Positions 56,305 through 64,000 of a stretch of 64,000 nt of DNA are shown here, one piece after another. Location: the IMG/VR virus record IMGVR_UViG_3300030098_004539, positions 1-64,000 of that record, one strand, 5' to 3'. Positions within the stretch are counted from its first letter, which is position 1, and each line of letters begins with the position of its first letter. Under the pieces are notes generated by a model that was given only the letters and a program-made list of their open reading frames with translations, was not told the DNA's origin and made no database searches. The translations under genes were made by a program, and so were the position numbers. This stretch comes from a virus.

Positions 56305-59300
56305 ATGCCTAAAGAACTAAATCTCTCGGCCAATGAAAGAATTGATTTAGAAGACTTTCAATACGGAACGCGAACCTTCACTGTAGATTCGCTACGGGCG
56401 CATGTACAACGGTTATTAAGTGGGGGGTATCGAGGAGGTTTTGTACTTGAGGGTTTCCGTGTAGAGATCCCAAGTGAAAAAACGGATATGGAAATTACCG
56501 TTTACAACGGTATAGCCTTAGACCGAGGCGGTAGGATCGTTTCGTACGAAGAAGGCAACCTCTTCTTAAACAATCCTAAGACCCCATCCCAAACGGTCCC
56601 TCTTTTAGATGGCGCTCTTAAAAACTATGTAACTGTAGAGTTTACTCTCCAAGACGCCGACAATGATCAACGCGCTTTTTGGGACCCAACGTATGAAAAC
56701 AGTCCTATCAAAGATTCTGCGTCTAATGACGTTCCTCAGCCAAAAGGTAAAGAATTTACTATAACAGTGCCTACTCGAAAAGCGCAGTCGTGGAGAGTAG
56801 ACGTAAGCGCCACAGGGTTTGAAGATTCCACAGACCCTAACAAACTCCGTATTCCTATTGCTATTATTCCCGTTGACATAGCAGTGCCTGAAATCGATCT
56901 CGGAGCAAGTGATTTAGAATTAGCGAGTACCACATGTATTGAACAACCTATTGTAGGTACTGCCGCTACCGATACCCTTGGATATGTTCGATGCGCTAAT
57001 ACTCGTCTTTTTCCAGACGCAGGAACGTTTGAACTTTACGACCCCGAAACCAATGTTGTTCGAGCTTTCGCAGGCGGCGACAACACCTTACAAATCGTAA
57101 ATAACGACAGAGAAAATAACATTCTCTACGTAAAAACAGACAAGAATATAGACTCTGCTATTCAATACACTGCTGCCCCTCGCGTAGGGGATGTTGTGCG
57201 CCTTACTACTGTAGGTGAAGATTTTCTTGCAGGAGGCAGTAAGTACGATTGCCGTCCTATGTTTTTCTCGTTTACGGACGATGTCGCGTCTACAAGTGAG
57301 CTTACAAATCCGTTCACAGTTGGCGGACTTCTCACAGGCGATCGATATACTGCAACCCGAAACAATAGGTATTGGGCGTCTGCTGCACTGTTAACAAATC
57401 CAAGCACAACCGGCGACACTACAGTAAACTACCCTTCGACTAATTACGGCCAGCAAAAGGGTGTATCTGTTCCTGCTAACCGAGTAGAGAACCGATTAAA
57501 ACAACAACAAGATTTCTTTAGAGCTTTAAGTGCGATCTTACAGGAGTCTAAATACGGACTACCGTATGACATAGACAGCACTGCAAGTGAAACTACCGTG
57601 ACGTCGTCAACCTCTACTACAGGGGTTCTGTACACATTAGGTATTCGAAACACGTCGTCGCCCCAATACATCGTAGATACGACAAAGTATTTTTCTCAAT
57701 CTCTTATAGGAAGTTACGTCCAAGGTACTGACTCTTCAGTAGCGGCTAACTACGGACAACGTCGCATCATTACAGACGTATTAGGGTCTCACGTACTAGT
57801 TACAGATACATGGCCTGCTACATGGGAGTCAGGTAAATCTTACCGAGTAGAAGTAAATTATCCCAACACCGAAGATCCCACACTACGTAAGCAGTTTGTA
57901 GATACTCGATACACCGGGTCTCTAGGAGAAGTTTACGACGGTCGTGTAGACCAATTCACTAACTCTTACGCAGAAGATTTAAACCGGCGCTTTTCCGTTA
58001 ATAAGGTCGCCACCATTACTGTAGGTGATGGGATCAATACCCACGGCGATTTTACAGGCGGCACCGGAATTATTGCTGCGTTTGCTTTAGCGTACGCTAA
58101 AAAGCGCGGAGCGCATATTCACATTAAACGCGGCACTTACTACGTCCCGTGCCCAGACGCTACGCCAATATTAATTGGCCCTAACACGACAGTCACAGGG
58201 GAAGGAAAAGGCGCTACTGTAGTTAAGTTGTTAGGTAGTGGAACAAACGCTACGTCTACCCCTAACTACTTTTTAATCAGAGATTATTACGGAGAATACG
58301 CCACAGCACCCTTAAGCAGTTACGAAGAGATTGTCTGTAAAAACATTAAGTTTAAAGACTTAACGTTAGAAAGCGCAGACCAAACGACTACTGGGGACGG
58401 TAAAGGAAGTGCTACTTGGGACGTAGGAGACGGTTACCCCGTTATTTCTAACGCTCCACTTGATTTCTCTTTAGAACCTAATATTTGGGGAACAGGCGAC
58501 CCTCAATCAGGAATCTGGCTCCCCCGAGTAAATGTTCCAGCAACCGCATCATTAGTCGATAACTTCTCTCTAGAAAACGTCCACGTAATAGGTGGAGGGC
58601 GCGGGGCCTGGTCTACCGGCTACGATACCACTTACGGTATTTATATAGTTTCTACCGAACAGGCTCTTACTAATTATTTAAATAAAAATATTTCTTTTAA
58701 AGGGTGTACCTTTGATTCTAATCGAGGAGGTACGGCAATTCTTAGAAGTTGTCGTCTCGTAGAAGTTTCTGGTTGTACTTTTAGAAACGCTAATCCTACC
58801 AGCTTAACCAGTGCCGGCGGCAATATGGCCCCTTTAGAGGGGATCACCTTCTCTTCAAGAGCGTCCAGCGCTAACGTACTAGACAATTATGAAGACGGGA
58901 CAGAAGATGCTGATGGCGAAGTCTTAATCAGCAACTGCATTTTTGAAGGCCGTTTATACGGGCAAGATGAATCAGATCTTCGCTACCCAGCTAACGGAAG
59001 AGGGTGGATTAATTTTACCCCTAACTACCTAGGGCAAGACGTTAACGTCGTAGGTTGTAATTTCCGAGGAGACGTAACAGGAACGAACGCAAACCACCCT
59101 GAGTCTTGGCGAAAAAGAAAGTGGGGTGTTCCATACGACGGAAGTGTGGTCGCTAACCCCATTACTTCGACAGGTATTGTAAACTGCTCACCGTTTAATA
59201 TTGGAATATCTGGGTGTGAATTCCACACAATGAGATATGCAATTATTACTCAAATAGGATTTGTATCTGTCGATTCGTGTAATTTTTGGAACTGTGAAAC

Positions 59301-61881
59301 TTCAATAACTGTACGTCCTGAAATTAATTCTCACCGATATAATTACGCTCGTTTTAGTGGATACGTAGATGGAACCGCTACTTGGTTAGCTGGGACAGCT
59401 ACTGCTAATTTTTGGAACGCCGCCGTTAATACGTCGTACGCTGGGTACTATAGGCAACCTTCTAACCTTGTATACCCAGACACCTATTTTAAAACCAAAG
59501 TTTCAAACTGCTCTTTTATGAAAGGGTCTGTAGGGGTAAACGTTGGCTTGCCGTATTGGCGCGACACCGGAGAAGGCTTTTCATCTGTAATAAAAGATTA
59601 CAGGTCTACTCTAAATGTTCAAGGGTGTTCGTTTGATCAACAATCAAATGCCGCCATCTCGTTTAAAGACTGTAACTTAGATACTCAAACCACTTTATTA
59701 ACTTTTGACCCCGTTATTAATGAAAACTGGGGCAACATATCTGTAGATTCTTGCGACTTTTCTGCTGTGCCAGCTTCTGTAAAATTTTATGGAAAGCTTC
59801 AATCTTTAGTTAAAGACCACAAAAGCATTTACTCTTCAAGCGATCACAGACTAGTCGTTAAGACTTTTAACTACACCAATAACAAACATACTTGGTGTGA
59901 GTACGATGGAAGACGTCGAACATTTAGTCCTACGAATATACTTACCGACACTAACGCAGGTGCCTTAGCATTTATTGTAGGACAAAGCGTTATTGCCCAC
60001 GGTAATATCTTTAAAGATTGCTATAACCTTAATGGTGTACCTCACTCCGCTCCAGGGGCAGCGGTCGTAAGTGATTATGAAATCTCTCCAGTATTGTTTG
60101 CTCTAGTAGGAGAGAACGGCACTAACATTGCAGACAATATCTGGGACCACTGTGTACCAACAGAAGATAGTAAAATATCTACGGCCCTTCAAATAGGTTT
60201 AGCAGGCGCAGAGCACGACTCTCTGTCAGGTGGAGGCTCGCTAACTTACAACGAAGGCCCTCTTATATCGATTTGCGGAAACGAAATAGATGGGCGATCT
60301 GCACGAGGTGTTCAGAACGGCGTCTACATTTCGCAAGTTTATCCAGAGGGTCAAAACAACATGACCGGTATGTCCACCACTCAGGCTGCTAACTCTGGCG
60401 TCTTAGATGGAGGACCACACATACGGCCAAAGTTAGAATTTAAAAATAATTCTTTTAAATTATTTGATGCTAATTTTGGGCTAGTGAGTGTTCAACACGC
60501 TAACTATATAGGCACCGCAACCGCAGGAAATTTTAATCTTGGTGGTGGGTATTCTAATTTTTGGGAGTGGTATTCCGCTGACGTTTCTGGAAACACAATT
60601 AACTTAAACAATAAAACTTTAGGCTACGCAGGTGCTGGAAAAGCAGGAAGCAAGCAATACGGAAACGATATTGGAACTAATTTAACAACCCACGCGTTTA
60701 ACCTTGTTAATGGCGGGGGAGTTACCCGAGCTTTTGCTGCTGCTACCTCTAGGTATAGTTTCTTAGGGGCAGCTAACTCGGCACAGCCAGGAACTTATGT
60801 TGCTTGTGTTGACTTACGTCGATGCTTTAGAGGGGAGTCAGGGCTTCCAAATTACGCCGTGGGCGACGACCCTGATGTAGGAAGTATTGTTAATGTTGTT
60901 AACAACAACTTTGATATCTTACAAGCAGGTTTAGGTTCTACGCCTGCTAATAAAGATACACAAGAAATTATGGGATTTCGGGTTTCAAAATTTCCTATGG
61001 AAATTAACGTTCGTGGAAACTCTTTCAACAGAGCCCCACTCTATATTAAGTGGTCGTGGTTATGTCCTTATCATACAGACTCTTCTCCTGTTTACAGCGA
61101 CCACTTTGGCGGGTCTGCAATTAACATTAAAAACAACTCTTTCTACAACTACAGAACTGGAAACACGGTAGACATTAACCCTGCAACAGGTTTTGGACGA
61201 GATTGGAATCCAGACTCACTTGCTCTCCAAACGGGGGCAGGTTACATGCAAGTTGTATTCAATGGCAATAGTGTTCGTAACTCTCAAAGTGGTACTGTAG
61301 GTCCAGCTACTGCCTTAAATTGGAACACCGGTAGTGGGGGCGTCAGACTTTGGCATCCGGCACTAGAAAGTTGGGGACAAGCTGGCGCGGCCCCTGCGGG
61401 CAATCTGTGGACGTTAGCCGGAGGGTTCCACGTTAATCAAGACAACTGTTTCTATTTATGGAAAGTAGAACATAACTACCTTCAAGACCTTTATTTCAGA
61501 CTTACCGAAGACTACAGAGGAGGGGCTTCAACTACGTTTACTACAGGCGAGTTGCGTTATCGTCCCGACTTATCTAAAACAGTTCCCGCGTCTACTTGGC
61601 AGCATAACAGTTTTTTAATTTCTGTAGGATCTGCTACAGGAGCTACTACTAAGTGTAGTATTTTTGGATTAGACTGTTCTTTGGTCTTTCCAGCAACTAG
61701 TGTTGCTGGAGCAGGGCGATTTGATTGGACCACACCGTATCCCGCAATGACCGGTGCAGGGACCGTTGATGATGCAAATCGCATTCAAATAAACTTTAAT
61801 TACGGCGTTGTTGGAGGCTTAATAGTAAAAGCCGATACAACTGCGGGTACAGGCGGCGGCGGAGACGTCTTAGGAACTTAG
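56305..61881 (+). CDS. Tail spike / receptor-binding protein with right-handed parallel beta-helix (possible depolymerase)
   Basis: TVGDG...GDF.G, IHIKRGTY, TVTGEG..TVVK, then repeated I/V-S-N/G-C-x-F rungs. Confidence 0.8.
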   Translation: MPKELNLSANERIDLEDFQYGTRTFTVDSLRAHVQRLLSGGYRGGFVLEGFRVEIPSEKTDMEITVYNGIALDRGGRIVSYEEGNLFLNNPKTPSQTVPLLDGALKNYVTVEFTLQDADNDQRAFWDPTYENSPIKDSASNDVPQPKGKEFTITVPTRKAQSWRVDVSATGFEDSTDPNKLRIPIAIIPVDIAVPEIDLGASDLELASTTCIEQPIVGTAATDTLGYVRCANTRLFPDAGTFELYDPETNVVRAFAGGDNTLQIVNNDRENNILYVKTDKNIDSAIQYTAAPRVGDVVRLTTVGEDFLAGGSKYDCRPMFFSFTDDVASTSELTNPFTVGGLLTGDRYTATRNNRYWASAALLTNPSTTGDTTVNYPSTNYGQQKGVSVPANRVENRLKQQQDFFRALSAILQESKYGLPYDIDSTASETTVTSSTSTTGVLYTLGIRNTSSPQYIVDTTKYFSQSLIGSYVQGTDSSVAANYGQRRIITDVLGSHVLVTDTWPATWESGKSYRVEVNYPNTEDPTLRKQFVDTRYTGSLGEVYDGRVDQFTNSYAEDLNRRFSVNKVATITVGDGINTHGDFTGGTGIIAAFALAYAKKRGAHIHIKRGTYYVPCPDATPILIGPNTTVTGEGKGATVVKLLGSGTNATSTPNYFLIRDYYGEYATAPLSSYEEIVCKNIKFKDLTLESADQTTTGDGKGSATWDVGDGYPVISNAPLDFSLEPNIWGTGDPQSGIWLPRVNVPATASLVDNFSLENVHVIGGGRGAWSTGYDTTYGIYIVSTEQALTNYLNKNISFKGCTFDSNRGGTAILRSCRLVEVSGCTFRNANPTSLTSAGGNMAPLEGITFSSRASSANVLDNYEDGTEDADGEVLISNCIFEGRLYGQDESDLRYPANGRGWINFTPNYLGQDVNVVGCNFRGDVTGTNANHPESWRKRKWGVPYDGSVVANPITSTGIVNCSPFNIGISGCEFHTMRYAIITQIGFVSVDSCNFWNCETSITVRPEINSHRYNYARFSGYVDGTATWLAGTATANFWNAAVNTSYAGYYRQPSNLVYPDTYFKTKVSNCSFMKGSVGVNVGLPYWRDTGEGFSSVIKDYRSTLNVQGCSFDQQSNAAISFKDCNLDTQTTLLTFDPVINENWGNISVDSCDFSAVPASVKFYGKLQSLVKDHKSIYSSSDHRLVVKTFNYTNNKHTWCEYDGRRRTFSPTNILTDTNAGALAFIVGQSVIAHGNIFKDCYNLNGVPHSAPGAAVVSDYEISPVLFALVGENGTNIADNIWDHCVPTEDSKISTALQIGLAGAEHDSLSGGGSLTYNEGPLISICGNEIDGRSARGVQNGVYISQVYPEGQNNMTGMSTTQAANSGVLDGGPHIRPKLEFKNNSFKLFDANFGLVSVQHANYIGTATAGNFNLGGGYSNFWEWYSADVSGNTINLNNKTLGYAGAGKAGSKQYGNDIGTNLTTHAFNLVNGGGVTRAFAAATSRYSFLGAANSAQPGTYVACVDLRRCFRGESGLPNYAVGDDPDVGSIVNVVNNNFDILQAGLGSTPANKDTQEIMGFRVSKFPMEINVRGNSFNRAPLYIKWSWLCPYHTDSSPVYSDHFGGSAINIKNNSFYNYRTGNTVDINPATGFGRDWNPDSLALQTGAGYMQVVFNGNSVRNSQSGTVGPATALNWNTGSGGVRLWHPALESWGQAGAAPAGNLWTLAGGFHVNQDNCFYLWKVEHNYLQDLYFRLTEDYRGGASTTFTTGELRYRPDLSKTVPASTWQHNSFLISVGSATGATTKCSIFGLDCSLVFPATSVAGAGRFDWTTPYPAMTGAGTVDDANRIQINFNYGVVGGLIVKADTTAGTGGGGDVLGT

Positions 61882-61890
61882 GACAAGACT

Positions 61891-62262
61891 ATGACTGATA
61901 CAGTACTTTCATTAGCGTTAACGTTAGTAATCCTGGGTGGCGTCACTTACGGCATTGTTGCGTTTTCAAAACAATTAATCCGAGCTTCGTGGCGTCAGAC
62001 CACTCGTATCGGCAGAGCTACTATGCTTTTACTTCCTATGTTAGTTGGAGGTCTACTTAGTGCAGTGTCTTGCGAAAGCCTTATTGAAGTAGTTTCGGGG
62101 CTTACAGGTGGGCCTAAAAAAGTTTCTCTAGGGGTAGGGGCTGCTTTCTTACTGGGTATGTTTAGTGGATCTTTTGCTACTCAAATCCACTCCGCAGTTC
62201 GAAGCCGTATTAAATTTGCAGCCGCGAAAGCCATCGCATCAGACGATGCGCCTCCAGCGTAA
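61891..62262 (+). CDS. Putative holin (three predicted TM segments)
   Basis: Three hydrophobic stretches in 123 aa, at the end of the virion operon. Confidence 0.6.
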   Translation: MTDTVLSLALTLVILGGVTYGIVAFSKQLIRASWRQTTRIGRATMLLLPMLVGGLLSAVSCESLIEVVSGLTGGPKKVSLGVGAAFLLGMFSGSFATQIHSAVRSRIKFAAAKAIASDDAPPA

Positions 62263-62264
62263 CT

Positions 62265-62645
62265 ATGTTGTTAGTCTGGTCGTTTCTGCGAAGGACTATC
62301 TTTAGTCTAAAGTGGTGGAAAAAACATTGGTATCTACCGTGGATTTTCTTAGCAGGGCTTGTGGTCTGGGTACTGACTGCGGGTCGTATGTCGATAGCTT
62401 CGTTCGTCAAAAAGACAAACGAAATTCAAGACGAAGAACGAACTAACATAAAAAACATAGAGGCTTCTTCAAAAGAAGAAGTCCGTAAATTAGAGGCCGC
62501 TGCTGAAAAAGATAAAGAAGCTGTGTCTGCTCGTACAAAAGAAAAAATAGATACAGAAAAAAAGAAAATAAAGAAACAGCAAGAACTAATCCGGGGAGAT
62601 GGCGAGGCCATCAACAAGGCGTTGAACAATGCTATTCAAGACTAA
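62265..62645 (+). CDS. Putative i-spanin-like protein (N-terminal TM plus coiled coil)
   Basis: Basic N-terminus, YLPWIFLAGLVVWVL helix, highly charged helical C-terminus. Confidence 0.55.
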   Translation: MLLVWSFLRRTIFSLKWWKKHWYLPWIFLAGLVVWVLTAGRMSIASFVKKTNEIQDEERTNIKNIEASSKEEVRKLEAAAEKDKEAVSARTKEKIDTEKKKIKKQQELIRGDGEAINKALNNAIQD

Positions 62646-63072
62646 GCTCGTTGCTTTCATATTACTTCTTATCTTTCCTACGATCTGCTCTGCACAGAAC
62701 ATCACGTTCTACAAGAAAGGAACGAAGCTTAAACTTCGACAAGACCTTCACTGTATGGATAACGACACAGCGCTTTTCGTTATCCAGAAGTTAGAGTTCT
62801 GCCCCACTGAGTGCGAATTCAAACTTCAAGAGGCTAAAAAATTAGCCCAAATAGATATTAAACTCTTGAAAGACAAATTAGTTTTACAAGAAAAAAAATA
62901 TCTTAGTATCGTAGAAGAGAAGGACCAGACCATAAGAAAGATCCAGACGGAAGCTATCGATGAAATGGATAAAGCTAGGAATTCCCTCTGGTGGAAAATC
63001 ACTGTTAGTGTTCTGGGGGGCATTGCTCTCGGCGCTAGCACTACTTTTCTCATTATGAAGTATGTTAAATAG
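62629..63072 (+). CDS. Putative spanin partner: signal peptide, coiled coil, C-terminal TM
   Basis: MLFKTKLVAFILLLIFPTICSAQ; WWKITVSVLGGIALGASTTFLIM; overlaps the previous gene. Confidence 0.5.
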   Translation: MLFKTKLVAFILLLIFPTICSAQNITFYKKGTKLKLRQDLHCMDNDTALFVIQKLEFCPTECEFKLQEAKKLAQIDIKLLKDKLVLQEKKYLSIVEEKDQTIRKIQTEAIDEMDKARNSLWWKITVSVLGGIALGASTTFLIMKYVK

Positions 63073-63120
63073 AGTCTCTTCGACCTATCCTTGTAGACCC
63101 TTCTAGTATAAAGTACTCAC

Positions 63121-63525
63121 ATGTTTGTTGTGAGACTTGTAAAAGGGAGTTCTGGAAAAGAATCGATGCTCATCGACGTAGATGACATCTTTCCAGAGTG
63201 CCAGAGGTTTATAAAAGATACGAACCTAACAAAACTGTGTTGTTGGACAAAGCCCAACTCTTGTCATGTAGGTTCCTTTACCACTGACATGTCTGTTCTT
63301 GTAGAGCGTGTGTATAGAATATTCTATGCTATGCCTCGGCTAGACCTCATCGTTCTTTATTGGTGGGCTCCTCACCCAGACGCTCCTAACAAGAAGCGTC
63401 GGTGGGGGCTTGTCATAGATAGAGACGAAGAAAAAGAGATGCGGGTTAGTACCCTAAACAAGTGGGCGGTACATGCAATCGCTCATCGTGTAGGTAAACC
63501 TTACACTATCGATATGGAATTATGA
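63121..63525 (+). CDS. Hypothetical protein
   Basis: 134-aa ORF. Confidence 0.6.
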   Translation: MFVVRLVKGSSGKESMLIDVDDIFPECQRFIKDTNLTKLCCWTKPNSCHVGSFTTDMSVLVERVYRIFYAMPRLDLIVLYWWAPHPDAPNKKRRWGLVIDRDEEKEMRVSTLNKWAVHAIAHRVGKPYTIDMEL

Positions 63526-63554
63526 TTGACAAAAGACTACTATGGTAGTACAAG
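63526..63554 (+). promoter_or_regulatory. Possible sigma70-type promoter
   Basis: Perfect TTGACA at 63526-63531 with a weak -10 (TACAAG) at 17-nt spacing. Confidence 0.3.
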
Positions 63555-63567
63555 AAAGATACTTTAA

Positions 63568-63780
63568 ATGATTGTAACAGAAGTTCAACTTAGGGTTCTT
63601 AAAGCATTAGATTCTGAAGGAGATGATTACGATCCCGATCACCGCCCTCGTAATAGCCTTGAACGACTTAAGAAGAAAGGGCTTGTACACGGGGATAAAA
63701 AGTCAGGGTGGTACTTAACTTCTTCCGGCAGGTCTTACTTACGCGTACAAAAAATTATATCAAAACATAATATAAAATAG
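63568..63780 (+). CDS. Small winged-helix-like protein
   Basis: TEVQLRVLKAL...LERLKKKGLV...WYLTSSG pattern. Confidence 0.65.
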   Translation: MIVTEVQLRVLKALDSEGDDYDPDHRPRNSLERLKKKGLVHGDKKSGWYLTSSGRSYLRVQKIISKHNIK

Positions 63781-63788
63781 GGGGTTGC

Positions 63789-64000
63789 GTGTTAGCACCT
63801 ACGCTGCATATCTATGCAAACTATACTTTTATAAAGGGAACTTTTGATCCCGACATCGTAGACAAGGCTTGTAGGTTTAGGAAGTCTGGTTACCGACATT
63901 CTACTGCGTATAAGAATCGCGTGTGGGATGGCTATACGCGCTTGTTTAGTCGAGCTAAGAATGCTTTCCCTACGGGACTTAAAGACCGAGTGCTCAAGGT
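63789..64000 (+). CDS. UvsW-like SF2 DNA helicase, N-terminal part (3' truncated, not in the ORF track)
   Basis: GTG start; translation ...GYRHSTAYKNRVWDGYTRLFSRAKNAFPTGL... matches the UvsW N-terminal AYK..WDG..RLF...PTGL pattern. Confidence 0.8.
   Translation, partial: MLAPTLHIYANYTFIKGTFDPDIVDKACRFRKSGYRHSTAYKNRVWDGYTRLFSRAKNAFPTGLKDRVLK

Noticed and set aside
758-63053. Numerous minus-strand and alternate-frame ORFs in the track (e.g. 15872-16612, 12169-12825, 19450-19965, 3095-3463)
   Set aside because: They lie fully within strong + strand genes and are shadows of biased codon usage or repeats; no RBS or recognisable motifs.
1-64000. Alternative genetic code (stop codon reassignment)
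   Set aside because: Genes tile densely under the standard code, and TAA, TAG and TGA all terminate well-defined genes.

Overview
The whole window is one strand (+) of a large myovirus genome (no host genes, tRNAs, CRISPR or IS seen). Gene order and sequence motifs match the SPO1/Twort (Herelleviridae)-like virion module: endolysin, portal, prohead protease, two scaffold paralogs, major capsid, neck proteins, tail terminator, sheath, tube, chaperones, tape measure, hub, spike, wedge/baseplate J, giant baseplate and fibre proteins, a holin/spanin-like trio, and the start of a UvsW-like helicase. The most unusual part is 1-15.4 kb. About ten basic or disordered ORFs there carry the same hydrophobic-x-K/[SAG] motif that marks the predicted capsid maturation site, and four share a longer leader-like motif. 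This suggests a protease-addressed internal-head cargo system that includes a lytic transglycosylase and a CxxCxxCC protein. Other notable points: a tape measure protein ending in an S74-type self-cleaving chaperone domain, a +1-offset tail chaperone pair, a terminator-bounded repeat fibre gene, two small beta-domains reused across many tail proteins, and lysis genes that hint at a diderm host. All calls come from reading motifs by eye; no database search was run.
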